Made by a program: the position numbers and the translations under genes. Shown piece by piece: positions 10,901 through 19,801 of a stretch of DNA of 64,000 nucleotides (position 1 is the first letter of the stretch; every line of letters starts with the position of its first letter). The notes beneath the pieces are model-generated. The model was given only the letters and a program-made list of their open reading frames with translations, was not told the origin of the DNA and did not search any database. The DNA is from Labilithrix sp. Its GTDB lineage: Bacteria > Myxococcota_A > Polyangia > Polyangiales > Polyangiaceae. The stretch spans positions 29,611 through 93,610 of the forward strand of contig JAHBWF010000005.1 in assembly GCA_019637105.1 (NCBI GenBank). The letters run 5' to 3'.

Positions 10901-13900
10901 ACGTCGAGGCGACCTTCGGGCACTCGGAGGACGGCACGCGGGCGCTCGCCGGCCTCTACCGCCTCACCAAGCGGTGGGAGGAGCTCGCCGAGCTGCTCGG
11001 CGGGGCCGCGGCGCGCGCGGCGACCCCCGCCGACAAGGCCGACACGCTGCGCGAGCTCGGCGACGTGCAGCGCGAGGAGCTCGGCCAGATCGCCCTCGCG
11101 ATCGCCAGCTACGAGCTCTCGCTCACGACCGAGCCGCGCAACGAGGGCTCGCGCTCGGGGCTCCGCTCCCTCATCAAGAGGTCGGAGCACCGCGCCGAGG
11201 TGGTGCGCGTGCTGCTCGCCGCGTACGTCGCCGCCGACGACTGGAAGCTCATCCTCGACATCACGGAGCACCGCCTCAGCGCGACGCACGACACGCCGGG
11301 GCAGATCGCCGTCTTGATGGAGGCCGCGCGGATCTCCGAGGACCGCGCCGACGACGCCGACGCGGCGTTCACGCTCGTCCGCCGCGCGCTCCTGCTCGAC
11401 CCGAGCCAGGACCAGACCGTCGCCGAGATCTTCCGGCTCGCGGACAAGACGCGCGCCTGGCGCCCGCTCGCCGACGCGCTCCGCGAGTGCATCGACGGCC
11501 AGGGCGACGCGGCCTGGGCGCGCGCGCTCCGCTTCCGCATGGGCGAGGTCCTCGAGGCTCGCCTCGACGAGCCCCGCCCGGCCCTCGACGCCTACGTCCA
11601 CGTCGCCGATCAGGACCCCGGCGACCTCGAGTCGGCCAAGGCGGTCATCCGCGTCGCCGGGAAGACGTCTCGCTGGGACGCCGCGGCGCGCGCCCTCGTC
11701 GAGGCGACGCGCGCGCGCGACGCGCTCGAGCGGGACCTCGTCGAGGCCGTCGAGGACGCGGCCCAGGCGGCCGCCGGCTGGGACGCGGTCACCTTCGCGC
11801 TCGCCTCGCTCATCCACGACGGCGGCGGGCTCTCGCCCGGCCTGGCGCGCGACCTCGAGGACGCCATCGCCGTCTGGCACCGCGACCGTCGCGGCGATCC
11901 CGACGCGGCGGAGGCGGCCTACGCGCGCGCGCTCGCGCACGACCCCACCAACGCGCCGCTGCTCGCCGAGCTCGCCAAGCTCCAGCGCCGCGCGCGCGGC
12001 CGGCCGCTCGTCGACAGCCTGCTCCGACTCTCGCAGACGACCGGCGGCGATCTCGATCTGCTCGGCGAGGCCGCGGAGGTCGCGGTCAACAGCGTCGGCG
12101 ATCGCGCGCTCGCCAAGTCGATCTTCGATCGCCTGCTCAAGCTCGCCGCCGAGCGCTGGCTCGGCGCGACCGAGCCGAACGTGCTCACGAGCGGCACGCC
12201 GGACGCCCCCGAGCACTACGTCGACCGCGCGACCCGCGAGCTCGTGCGCATCTACGGCGACGACGGCGACCACGACAAGGTCGTCCAGCTCCTCACCGAC
12301 ACCGCGCACCTCCCGTGGAAGACCGAGAAGGCGCGGGCCCTCCGGCACGAGGCGGCGCGCGTCGCGGTCGACAAGCTGGGCGCGGCGGACCGCGCGATCG
12401 CGATCTACCTCGCGCTCATCGAGGAGGATCCGCACGACGCCGAGGCGGTGTCGCGCGTCGTCGCGCTCTACGAGGCCGCCGATCGGCGCACCGAGCTGCT
12501 CGACCTGAAGCGCCGCCTCGTCGGGACCGCGCGCGACGTCGGCGCGCGCCTCGAGCTCCGCCTAGAGGTCGCCGCGCTCGAGGACGGCCTCGACTCCGTC
12601 CCGCGCGCGATCGACGCGCTCCGCGAGAACCTCGGAGAGTCGGCGCGACACGACGCGACCGTGAAGATGCTCGCGGCGATCCTCCAGCGCGAGCGGCGCG
12701 TCGAGGAGCTCGAGGCGCTGCTCGCGTCGCAGGCCCAGCTCGGCGAGGACGCCGGCGACAAGTCCGCCAGCGCCGACTTCTTCTGGCGCGCCGCCGAGGT
12801 CGCCGAGAAGCAGATGAAGGATCCCGCGCGCGCGATCGCGCACCTCCGGCGCGTCGTCGCGCTCGAGGAGCGGCCGCCCGCGTACGACGCGCTCGCGCGG
12901 CTCTCGACCGACACGCGGGCCTACGACGACGCCGCCGGGTTCCTCGACCGCCTCCGCGAGCTGACGGACGGACCGGCGCGCGCCGCGGTCACGCTCCGGC
13001 TCGCCGACGCCCTCGTCTCGGCGAGCCGCAAGCCCGAGGCCCGCGAGCGCCTCGAGTCGGAGATCGCGCGGGATCCCGAGGCCGACAGCGTCCGCGTGCG
13101 GCTCGCCGAGACCTACCGCGCCGCGCAGGACTGGCCGGCGCTCGCGGTGCTCCTCACCGAGGGCGCGCACCACGCGCCCGACAAGGCCACGCGCCTCGCG
13201 CGCCTCCGCGAGGCCGCCGAGCTCCACCGCGCGCGCACGAACGAGCCCGACAAGGCGATCCCGCTGCTCGAGCAGGCCTCCGACCTCTCGCCCGACGACA
13301 ACGCCGTGAAGCTGGCGCTCGCCGACGCGCTCGGCGCGGCGAGCCGCTTCGAGGAGGCGCGCACGCTCCTGCGCACGCTCGTCGAGGCGTTCGGCGGGCG
13401 CCGCCCGAAGGAGCGCGCCCCGGTCCACTACCACCTCGCGCGGCTCGATCTCGCCGTGGGCGATCGCGCGCGCGCGCTGGTCGAGCTCGACGCCGCGACG
13501 CGCATCGATCCGGCCAACCCGGAGATCCTCCAGGCCCTCGCCGAGCTCGCCCGCGACGACGGGCAGCTCGAGCGCGCCGAGCGCTCGTACCGCGCCCTCC
13601 TCACGGTCCTCAGGCGGCAGGAGGACGCGACCGACGACGCGGCGATCACCCGCTCCGAGGCCCTGTTCGAGCTGGCGCAGATCGCGACGCGCCAGGGCGA
13701 GAGCGATCGGGCGAAGGAGATCCTCGAGAGCGCCTTCGAGCTCGCGCTCGAGAGCGCGGTCGAGGCGCGCCGGCTCGAGGGCGCCCTCCGCCGCGCCGGC
13801 GATCACGTGAACCTCGCGCGGGCGCTCGGCGCGCGCCTCGAGCGCGGCGGCGCGGAGGACGAGGCCGCGCTCCGGACGGAGCTCGGCGGGCTCTACGATC

Positions 13901-16900
13901 GGCACCTCGACAAGAAGGACGAGGCGCTCGAGATGATCCTCCGCGCGATCGACCTCGAGCCGGCGAACGAGGCCGCGCACGACGCGGCCTTCCGCCTCGC
14001 GGGAGCGACCGGCAAGATGGCGTCCTACGAGACGCGGGTCCGCGACCTCGCCGAGGCGAAGGCCGACAGCGACGGCGACCTCGCGGGCATGCTCTACCTG
14101 CGGCTCGCGCGCATCGCGGAGAGCGAGGCGAAGGAAGATCGCGAGGTCGCCGCCCTCTACGAGAAGGCGGTCGCCGCGCGGCCCGAGGATCGCGAGCTGC
14201 TCTCCGCGCTCGCCGGCGTCTACGAGCGCCTCGGCGACGACGCGGGCCAGGCGCGCGTCCTCGGCATGCGCGTCGAGCTCGACACGGCCGCGGGCGGCGC
14301 GTCGCCGGACGCGCTCTACCGCCTCGCGCAGCTCCGCTTCCGCTCCGGCGACGTCGACGCCGGCTGCGACGCCTTCGAGCTGGCCTTCGAGGCCGATCCC
14401 GACGCCGATCGCGCCGAGGAGCTCTTGCGCGCGGCCGCCGACGCGCACCCGAGCGCCGAGCGCATCGTCGACGTCTACGAGCGCCTCGCCCGCGCGCCGG
14501 GCCGGGAGCGCTCGCTCGTCGACGCCCTCGTGCGCCGCTGGTCGCTCCCCGGCGCGGGCGTCGATCCGATGAAGGAGGCCGTCGAGATCGCCGAGAAGCT
14601 CGAGGACGCCGGCCTGGCCGAGTCGCTCCTCCGGCGCTTCCTCGAGCGAGAGCGCCCGCGCGGCATGAGCGACGAGGAGTACCGCGAGGGCCGCGTGTGG
14701 GCGCTCGCGCTCCTGGCGTGGCGGTGCGAGGAGTCGGGCCGCGTGCGCGAGGCCGCCGTGCTCAAGCGCGAGGCCGCGGAGATCGCCGAGCCCGAGGCGG
14801 CGCGGCGCTTCCTCTTCGAGGTCGCCGGCCTCGCGTCGGGCCCGCTCGACGACCTCCGCCTCGCGTCGTCGATCTACGAAGAGCTCCACGAGAAGGAGCC
14901 ACAGGACCGCGACGCGTGGGAGCTCCTCCTCGACGTCTACCGCCGGCTCGACGACTTCTCGAAGCTCGTCGCGCTCGTCGCGCGCATCGTCGAGTTCGTC
15001 GACGACGTCGGCGAGCGCAGCAAGCTCCGCCTCGAGCGCGTCAAGGTCCAGATGCAGAAGCTGAAGCTCTCGGACGACGACGCGGCCGAGGAGCTGCGCG
15101 ACATCGTCGACGAGGACCCGGCGCAGGTCGACGCCGCGCTCCTGCTCGTCAACATCTACGAGAAGAGCGGGCGCGAGGACGACCTCGCGGACCTGCTCGC
15201 CCGCCAGCTCGACGGCGCGAAGGACCGGCAGGACGCCGAGGCCGTCGGCTCGCTCTCGCGCCGCCTCGGGCAGCTGCTCGAGAAGCGCGATCGTTCGCAG
15301 GCGCGCGACGTCTACTACGCCGCCCTCGACTGGGATCCGCAAGCGCGCGCGATCCTGCTCGCGCTCGAGCGGCTCCACGACGAGGACGCCGACATCGAGG
15401 CGCGCTCCGACGTCATGGAGCGCCGCCTCGCGATCGAGCACGGCGACGAGGCCGAGGCGCTCGCGCTGTCGCTCCACGACACGCGCCGCGCGCTCGAGGA
15501 CAACGAGGGCGCCCTCCGCTCGCTCGAGCTCGGCTTCCGCGGCGCGCCGCGGAGCATGCAGCTCCGCGACCGGCTGGAGATCGTCTACCGCGACACGAAC
15601 GAGTACGGGAAGCTCGCCGAGCTCTTCACGCTCGACGCGCGCGGCCGGCAGGACGCGAAGGAGAAGAGCGCGCGGCTCCGCGAGGCCGCGCAGATCTACA
15701 GCGCCGAGCTCTCGAACCCGGAGGAGGCGGCGAAGGTCCTGCGCGAGGCGCGCGCCGCCGATCCGAGCGACGCGCTCCTCCTCATCGAGCTCGTCGACAC
15801 GCTCTCCGCCGCCGGCGAGCTGCGCGGCGCCGTGGACGAGCTGACGTCCGCGCTCAACGCGCTCGATCCGGACGCCGCGCTGAGGCCCGATCTGGTCGGC
15901 CGGCGCGCGCTCGCCCGGAGCCGCCTCGGCGAGATGGACGGCGCGCTCGAGGACTTCGAGGAGGCCGTCGCCAAGGGCAAGCACGACCTCCGCGCCTATT
16001 TCGCCGAGCACCTCGGGAAGATGGCGCTCCAGGCCGCCGGCCGCGGCGACGTCGCGACGTGGCGGAGCTACCGGCTCCGCATCGCCGGCCTCCGCCTCGA
16101 CATCGGCGACGTCGAGGAGGCGCGCAACGTCCTCACCGAGCTGCTCAAGACGGACAGCAAGGACAAGGCGACCCTGCGCGCGATCGCCCACGTCGACGAG
16201 CTCGAGGGCCGCTGGGACACGGCGAGCGCGACGTACCGGCGGCTCGTCGGGCTCGAGGACGCCGAGGGCATCGTCAGCGCCGCGCTCAAGCTGCTCGAGA
16301 CCTGCGAGAAGGCCGGTCGCCTCGCCGACGCGCGCGGCGGCCTCGAGCGCGCGCGGATGGCCGCGCCCGACGACGCCGAGCTCCGCGAGCGCCTCGCGTG
16401 GCTCTACGAGCAGCTCGGCGCCTTGAAGGAGCTCGCCGAGCTCGTCCTCGAGGAGGCCCGCGCCGCCGGGGACGTCGCGCCGCGCTTCGAGGGCCTCGTC
16501 CGCGCGGGGCAGCTCTTCCTCGAGGCGGCCGCCGATCCGAACCAGACGCAGCAGCTCGACAACACGGCGGCGATCGCGCCGCTCGAAGAGGCGCACGCGC
16601 TGCGGCCGTCGGACCTCGACTGCGCCGCGCTCCTCTCCGACGCCTACGTCGCGGGCGGTCGCATCGACGAGGCGCAGGAGCTGCTCCTCCGGACGATCGG
16701 CACGTTCAAGGGGCGACGCGCGCGCGAGCTCTCGGCGCTCTACCACCGCCTCGCGCGCATCGCCGAGATCCTCGGCGACCGCGCCACCGAGCTGCAGCAC
16801 CTCACGACCGCGCTCGACATGGACGCGCAGAACGGGGTCGTCGCGTCCGAGCTCGCGTACCTCGCGATGGAGACCCAGAACCTCGACGTCGCGCAGCGCG

Positions 16901-17094
16901 CGCTCCGTCAGATCACGATGCTCAAGGTCCCCGCGCCGCTGCCGAAGGCGGTCGCCTACCAGCACCTCGGCGAGATCGCCCGCCAGCAGGGCGACAACCG
17001 ACGCGCGATGATGCTGCTGAAGCGCGCGATCGACGACGATCCGTCGCTCGACGACGCCCGCGCCCTGCTCGAGCAGCTCCAGGCCGAGGGCTGA
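4915..17094 (+). CDS. Giant cytoplasmic TPR/alpha-solenoid protein (4059 aa), similar in size and type to AgmK/GltI
   Basis: Single 12.2-kb ORF with G/C-ending codons. Dozens of TPR-like helical pairs (e.g. AFEAFEQALGIDPADDEL, AIGAYRRAVADDPTDREA, YARALAHDPTNAPLL). No signal peptide. Confidence 0.9.
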   Translation: MGPSPRQSRANIPSFEAKLENEEEVLDSIVSALSKNALDAAIWDELHDAAVKHDRVSELAFAYESAAQSRKLKTFLPAVQAELFFRAATFFGDVLGDEFGATTYLERALGAFPGHVGAFERIDAQLTRTDDNKKLAELCVQTSAHHARPDQIAILKRAAHLFERASLEDKAIETFQQLVRLDPADEELRNALEARFVRANRYRDVARMFEQALAADPPPPEEEAARIRQKLIEVFANQLKEPERAMPHVEALLESDPANAEARRVAHRLLESKGLAARAAAALSAGATTTEERARYLGIELEHTRGPRRRDVLRRIGVLKQDELDDTQGAFEAFEQALGIDPADDELRQRYMSLGIHLKGPLEVARTFARVSTVAKDAGVRSRITAEMGDLLLRGGDTKRARTTLAGVLSAPSADPGAVLTAARALSSVYESEGDVRNLVEVLQRIGELSPLEGEKQLANERIAEICTNELGDVDRAIGAWRRLVDSPARARALEALEPLYEAREQWIDLSFVLEERAKDAAADPAAARALSYRAAEVLTTKAKDVGSASEAWRQMIAAYGPARDVYAQWLPLLEQQRLWPELAEALTKDAELAPEEERPLVLARLGNVYLQRTRDTDAAIDAFKRALDLDAAEKTSRGTLEKLLLAAEHRLAASAVLEPIYRGEQNAQGLLRVLDIRASSSPIVQDRLAALEEAARVAESVSKDKTIEVVARGLAESVESQEPIGPWLERFTRAGEGIDPKRRAAFLGKALGDRPIESRELLGLAVLVGEESYAAGDVAAALAAYRRALAFEPSSTDLIARVDQLLQEQGNPEERVALYRAALERGADPARRRQLLHSIGTIERYELMNPTAAIGAYRRAVADDPTDREANSALVELYTETEAWDELCDLLEDYLAHATSPEETRAARAQLAQVATAHGQGDRGALHAGALLNDPNLGEPELDLVEHVATTLSDKVLLRAVLERRVRESEEPQKQVECLERLATLAQDSGDASHAVERLRQAADVAQGMGDAAAAVALYGRLRAIAPRDEHATGQLVDLHERAGSWEAVPPLYSVLLELATDTLSRVALLRRLSRTLADQLGDLERAFNAAKSALALAPEDGDALSDASSLAIRTGRTAELAAAIDEALAATTTAPEATRAELTLAKARVLATQEATWGEAAAAFRAVLEDTSDEAIQAAASQAFTELLRAMPRSQAKTRDVRWLHGWRVDHAPADQRARALLAWAEAEELELGHEQTALELYKKVLEIDESELDALSAVSRLSLAHGDVEGALAALMTRRAASEGDAKNALDVQIATILVDRPGRADEALDRIAGVLENTPQDAAAIELAARLLGDHEVAERAAKVLETSLDAVDDPDQKIKVFDHLIARPGAGGSAPRRELYERYLDTLAELERPDAAYAVALRAVRALPAEQSLWDRAEQIARQLSSAEPLADTYEAVLRLEVAGANGASLAELARAANEPPSDDALQQTRLAKADAIELGQRAVAFYEEWYEDSDRVVRVLERLLEIEPEDTWAFDRLKLIFDSKERWDDLFALYDRAAASADKDRKFELLEEAAQIAKDFANHAQRAIRYFEQLLELRPGNVRLSSALERLYERHGCHRELITLRGMRLLSLPHDEAQKERSRIATLWLDELNDASSALIVVEDIVVNQNLEVPEGAEAQVIDVTPLLERVLATAPRNADIRETVPPPPDGRRDSYVPTAPKRGLVRQRAAALLKERYAVPGKEADLARVLEVELEVVKSVKERIRRHHQIAGLHAQLGNDEAALEHFVQLVLLEPEVASHRQELAAIAARIGRFDRLAEVLVSAADDAHDDALKVELLMSAGDVAADEIGDIERAIELFFRVLAVSPIADAALLEACRHVEPLLEKADRRADRLDVLERLAILEQDADVKWRVLGEAARLAMGLEEDDRAIWAWEGRLETRPGDPEALDGLAFLFEKAERWRPLIDTLDKRARRDDRDAGQRREDRIRVAQIQSEKLEATEEAIETWRDVEATFGHSEDGTRALAGLYRLTKRWEELAELLGGAAARAATPADKADTLRELGDVQREELGQIALAIASYELSLTTEPRNEGSRSGLRSLIKRSEHRAEVVRVLLAAYVAADDWKLILDITEHRLSATHDTPGQIAVLMEAARISEDRADDADAAFTLVRRALLLDPSQDQTVAEIFRLADKTRAWRPLADALRECIDGQGDAAWARALRFRMGEVLEARLDEPRPALDAYVHVADQDPGDLESAKAVIRVAGKTSRWDAAARALVEATRARDALERDLVEAVEDAAQAAAGWDAVTFALASLIHDGGGLSPGLARDLEDAIAVWHRDRRGDPDAAEAAYARALAHDPTNAPLLAELAKLQRRARGRPLVDSLLRLSQTTGGDLDLLGEAAEVAVNSVGDRALAKSIFDRLLKLAAERWLGATEPNVLTSGTPDAPEHYVDRATRELVRIYGDDGDHDKVVQLLTDTAHLPWKTEKARALRHEAARVAVDKLGAADRAIAIYLALIEEDPHDAEAVSRVVALYEAADRRTELLDLKRRLVGTARDVGARLELRLEVAALEDGLDSVPRAIDALRENLGESARHDATVKMLAAILQRERRVEELEALLASQAQLGEDAGDKSASADFFWRAAEVAEKQMKDPARAIAHLRRVVALEERPPAYDALARLSTDTRAYDDAAGFLDRLRELTDGPARAAVTLRLADALVSASRKPEARERLESEIARDPEADSVRVRLAETYRAAQDWPALAVLLTEGAHHAPDKATRLARLREAAELHRARTNEPDKAIPLLEQASDLSPDDNAVKLALADALGAASRFEEARTLLRTLVEAFGGRRPKERAPVHYHLARLDLAVGDRARALVELDAATRIDPANPEILQALAELARDDGQLERAERSYRALLTVLRRQEDATDDAAITRSEALFELAQIATRQGESDRAKEILESAFELALESAVEARRLEGALRRAGDHVNLARALGARLERGGAEDEAALRTELGGLYDRHLDKKDEALEMILRAIDLEPANEAAHDAAFRLAGATGKMASYETRVRDLAEAKADSDGDLAGMLYLRLARIAESEAKEDREVAALYEKAVAARPEDRELLSALAGVYERLGDDAGQARVLGMRVELDTAAGGASPDALYRLAQLRFRSGDVDAGCDAFELAFEADPDADRAEELLRAAADAHPSAERIVDVYERLARAPGRERSLVDALVRRWSLPGAGVDPMKEAVEIAEKLEDAGLAESLLRRFLERERPRGMSDEEYREGRVWALALLAWRCEESGRVREAAVLKREAAEIAEPEAARRFLFEVAGLASGPLDDLRLASSIYEELHEKEPQDRDAWELLLDVYRRLDDFSKLVALVARIVEFVDDVGERSKLRLERVKVQMQKLKLSDDDAAEELRDIVDEDPAQVDAALLLVNIYEKSGREDDLADLLARQLDGAKDRQDAEAVGSLSRRLGQLLEKRDRSQARDVYYAALDWDPQARAILLALERLHDEDADIEARSDVMERRLAIEHGDEAEALALSLHDTRRALEDNEGALRSLELGFRGAPRSMQLRDRLEIVYRDTNEYGKLAELFTLDARGRQDAKEKSARLREAAQIYSAELSNPEEAAKVLREARAADPSDALLLIELVDTLSAAGELRGAVDELTSALNALDPDAALRPDLVGRRALARSRLGEMDGALEDFEEAVAKGKHDLRAYFAEHLGKMALQAAGRGDVATWRSYRLRIAGLRLDIGDVEEARNVLTELLKTDSKDKATLRAIAHVDELEGRWDTASATYRRLVGLEDAEGIVSAALKLLETCEKAGRLADARGGLERARMAAPDDAELRERLAWLYEQLGALKELAELVLEEARAAGDVAPRFEGLVRAGQLFLEAAADPNQTQQLDNTAAIAPLEEAHALRPSDLDCAALLSDAYVAGGRIDEAQELLLRTIGTFKGRRARELSALYHRLARIAEILGDRATELQHLTTALDMDAQNGVVASELAYLAMETQNLDVAQRALRQITMLKVPAPLPKAVAYQHLGEIARQQGDNRRAMMLLKRAIDDDPSLDDARALLEQLQAEG

Positions 17095-17139
17095 CGGCCC
17101 GCCGCGAGCGGGCGCGCGAGCCGCGGGGCCCGGAGGGGC

Positions 17140-17730
17140 TCAGCGACCGGCGGCCGCGTCCGATCCGCCGGCGGGGGAAGCGTCGGACGACGCGTCCGCC
17201 GAGGCGGGGCGCGCGCCCGCGCGGATCGCGCGGAGCTTCGCTTGCTGCTCGGGGGTGAGCACGTTCTTCACGCGGACGAGCATCCCGAGGTGGGAGGCCT
17301 TCACCTTCGTCTCGCGGTCCATCACGCGGGCGGCCGCCTCCGCGACCCTGGCCTCGTCGGCGCGATCGGCGTCGAGGAGCTCCACGAGCTTCTCCTTCTC
17401 GCCCTGGAGCTCCCACTGGAGGCGGAGCATCGCCGCCTGGCCCTTCTCCGTCTCGGCGAGGATCGCGGCCTTCTGCTCGGCGGTGATCGCGAGCGCGTTC
17501 TGATGCTCCATCACGAGCTCCGGCGGGAAGAGCCGCGACTCGACCGGGCCGAGGGGCTCGCGCGCCTCGCGCGCCTCCGCGGGGGCCGTGCCGAGCCGCG
17601 GGGGCGAGAGCGTGACGGCGCCGTCGGCGGAGACCGAGTCGCCCGGCAACGGCTCGCGTTTGGCGCAGGCGGCGACGAGCGCGGCGAGGAGGAGCGAGCA
17701 GAGGACACGAGGCAGGGTCGTCATCGTCAT
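17140..17730 (-). CDS. Spy/CpxP/ZraP-family (LTXXQ) periplasmic lipoprotein
   Basis: Signal ending LVAAC; helical domain with LAITAEQKAAI and VLTPEQQAKL motifs; TGATG overlap with the upstream gene. Confidence 0.8.
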   Translation of the reverse strand: MTMTTLPRVLCSLLLAALVAACAKREPLPGDSVSADGAVTLSPPRLGTAPAEAREAREPLGPVESRLFPPELVMEHQNALAITAEQKAAILAETEKGQAAMLRLQWELQGEKEKLVELLDADRADEARVAEAAARVMDRETKVKASHLGMLVRVKNVLTPEQQAKLRAIRAGARPASADASSDASPAGGSDAAAGR

Positions 17731-18143
17731 CACCATCCCTTGAGCGGGTTCGAGTCGAGCGCCGCGGCGCCGAGCGCGCGGGGCGCGCTGCCCGGAACGT
17801 CGAGGAGGAAATCGAGCGGCGCCGGATCGAAGCCGGCCGGCGCGGCCCCCGGCGCCGTCTCCGCCGCCGGCGGGCGGCCGCCGTCTCCGGCAGAGGCCGA
17901 GACGCGGCGACGGGCGACGCGGCCTCGGGCCTCGACGATCCCGAAGAAGCTCGTCGGCCCGCACCAGACGACGAACAGCGCCGCGGCGGCGAGCGACGCC
18001 GCGGGCACGAGCACCCGCCACGGAGAGCGCGCCGCGCGCCGCGCCGCCCACATCTCCTGGAAGTCGGGCGCGCGCCCGCGATCGCGGCGCGCGAGCTCCG
18101 CGAAGCGCGCGCGGAGGTCGCGATCCTCGTCCGGGGTGGTCAT
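17730..18143 (-). CDS. Putative single-TM anti-sigma factor
   Basis: From ATG 18143 (MTTPDEDRDLRARFAEL) with SD GAGGAGG. One TM segment (VLVPAASLAAAALFVVWC). ATGA overlap with the ECF stop. Confidence 0.7.
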   Translation of the reverse strand: MTTPDEDRDLRARFAELARRDRGRAPDFQEMWAARRAARSPWRVLVPAASLAAAALFVVWCGPTSFFGIVEARGRVARRRVSASAGDGGRPPAAETAPGAAPAGFDPAPLDFLLDVPGSAPRALGAAALDSNPLKGW

Positions 18144-18670
18144 CGGGAGCCCTCCTCTTCTCGGATCAAGGCCGAGAGCGCGTGCTTGCCGCGCTCGTAG
18201 TGCTGGCGGGCCGTCCCGAGCGCGACGCCCATCACCTCCGCCGCCTCGGCGATCGAGAGGTCCTCGTAGAACACGAGGTGGAGCACCTCGCGCTGCCGCT
18301 CCGCGAGGCGCGCGAGCGCGCGCGAGAGCCGCTCGGCGCGCTGCCGCGCCGCGGCCTCCGAGTCGGGGGCGCGGCGCGCGTCGGGGAGCTCGGCGGGCGC
18401 GTCGCTCCTCGCGCCGCGGAGGACACGGAGCACCGACCATCGACGATGTTCGCGCGCGGTCATCCGGATGACGCCGAAGAGCCACGTCTTGAGGCTCGAG
18501 CGCCGGTCGAAGCGCGCGCGGCCGTCGAGCACCTTGCAGTAGGCGTCCTGGAGGACCTCCTCGGCGAGCCCGTGGTCCCGGCGACAGCACGCGAGCGCCC
18601 AACCGAAGCTCGCCGGGTGGAGCGCGGCGAGCTCTCGCTCGGTCGTTCGCGCGTCCTCGCGGTCATCCAC
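18140..18670 (-). CDS. ECF RNA polymerase sigma factor
   Basis: Region 2 AEEVLQDAYCKVL...FDRRSSLKTWLFGV and region 4 LAERQREVLHLVFYEDLSIAEAAEVMGVALGTARQH. Confidence 0.92.
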   Translation of the reverse strand: MDDREDARTTERELAALHPASFGWALACCRRDHGLAEEVLQDAYCKVLDGRARFDRRSSLKTWLFGVIRMTAREHRRWSVLRVLRGARSDAPAELPDARRAPDSEAAARQRAERLSRALARLAERQREVLHLVFYEDLSIAEAAEVMGVALGTARQHYERGKHALSALIREEEGSR

Positions 18671-18704
18671 GTCGGCCCGACGGTCGCATCGACGCGCCCT
18701 TCGG

Positions 18705-19553
18705 TCAACCGACCGCCGCGGGGAAGGGCGACTTCGCGCGCCGACGGCGCACGACGACGACGACCGCCGCGAGGACCGCGAGGACCGGCGCGAGCGTCGG
18801 ACCGATCGCCGCCGCCGCCATCGCGGTGTAGACCGCGACCGCGGTCGCCGCCTGAACGCCCGCGTTCCCGGCGCGAGCGAGGCTCGGGCCCGGCGTCTGC
18901 CACGCGGCGACGCTCTTCGTCGAGAGGCTGACGCGCACGGTGGCGAGCGCGACCTTCGACCTCATCACGCGCTCCTGCGCCTCGAGGCGCTCGACGTTCT
19001 CGCGCACGCGCGCCAGCTCCCGCTCGGCCTCGAAGAGCTCCTGGATCGACGCGGCCCGGCCCGACATGATCTCGAGCAGGCGCTTCTCCTGCGTGCGCGC
19101 GCTGAGGAGGCGCGCCTCGAGGTCGGCGCGCTGCTCGGTCACGTCCTCGACCTTCTCGGTCGCGCTCGTGACCTCGCCGAGCTCGCCGAGGGCGGCGCGG
19201 ATGCCGCGCGCCTCGCCGGCGGGGACGTGGAGCTCGAGCCGCGCGGTCTGCCGCTCGTTCGCGCCGCTCGCGTGGGAGTCGGCGACGAAGCCGCCCGCCT
19301 TCTCGACCGCCGCGCGGAGCCGGGCGGCGGCGTCGTCGACGCGCTCGACGGTCACGGCGACGTCCATCGTCACGACCAGCGATCGATCGGCGGCCGCGAG
19401 CGGCGACGCGCCGATTTCGCCGGGGGCGGGCGCGGCGGCCACGGGCGCCGCCGACGAGGACGCGCTCTCGGGGGCGGCCTTCGCGCATCCGGCGAGGGCG
19501 AAGAGGAGAGCGAAGACGGTGAGGAGCGAGGAGGTGCGCGAGGGGATCGTCAT
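18705..19553 (-). CDS. DUF4349-domain lipoprotein/membrane protein
   Basis: Lipobox LAGC; AVEKAGGFV...LELHVPA...EDVTEQRADLEARL...ELFEAERELARVRENVERLE pattern; C-terminal TM followed by a basic tail. Confidence 0.8.
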   Translation of the reverse strand: MTIPSRTSSLLTVFALLFALAGCAKAAPESASSSAAPVAAAPAPGEIGASPLAAADRSLVVTMDVAVTVERVDDAAARLRAAVEKAGGFVADSHASGANERQTARLELHVPAGEARGIRAALGELGEVTSATEKVEDVTEQRADLEARLLSARTQEKRLLEIMSGRAASIQELFEAERELARVRENVERLEAQERVMRSKVALATVRVSLSTKSVAAWQTPGPSLARAGNAGVQAATAVAVYTAMAAAAIGPTLAPVLAVLAAVVVVVRRRRAKSPFPAAVG

Positions 19554-19801
19554 GGTGTGGCGATAAGTGATCGGTCGCGCGCGCCCATATGACGTCACGG
19601 GACGATTTTCTCGCAGCACCCATCAACGCATTGATTTTACGCGCATTTTGACACACTCGTGCGCCCGTGCGGGCACGTCGGCGCCGTCGAGCGCGGCGCG
19701 GGCTCGGCGCTTCGACGACACGATCCCGCTCGTCGCGGAGCGCGGCGGCGGCGCCCTGCCCGCTCGGGATCGAGCGTCGAGGCCGAGCCGCGGAGCGCGC
19801 G

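Noticed and set aside
4851-17258. 4135-aa plus-strand ORF overlapping the TPR gene, and the antisense ORFs 4936..12435 and 12562..16965
   Set aside because: Arg/Ala/Gly/Pro-rich shadow frames. Strong GC3 bias and TA avoidance remove stop codons from alternative frames, and there are no recognisable motifs.
19590-19597. TGACGTCA palindrome upstream of the DUF4349 gene, also at 62031-62038
   Set aside because: An 8-bp palindrome is too short to link the two loci without genome-wide statistics.
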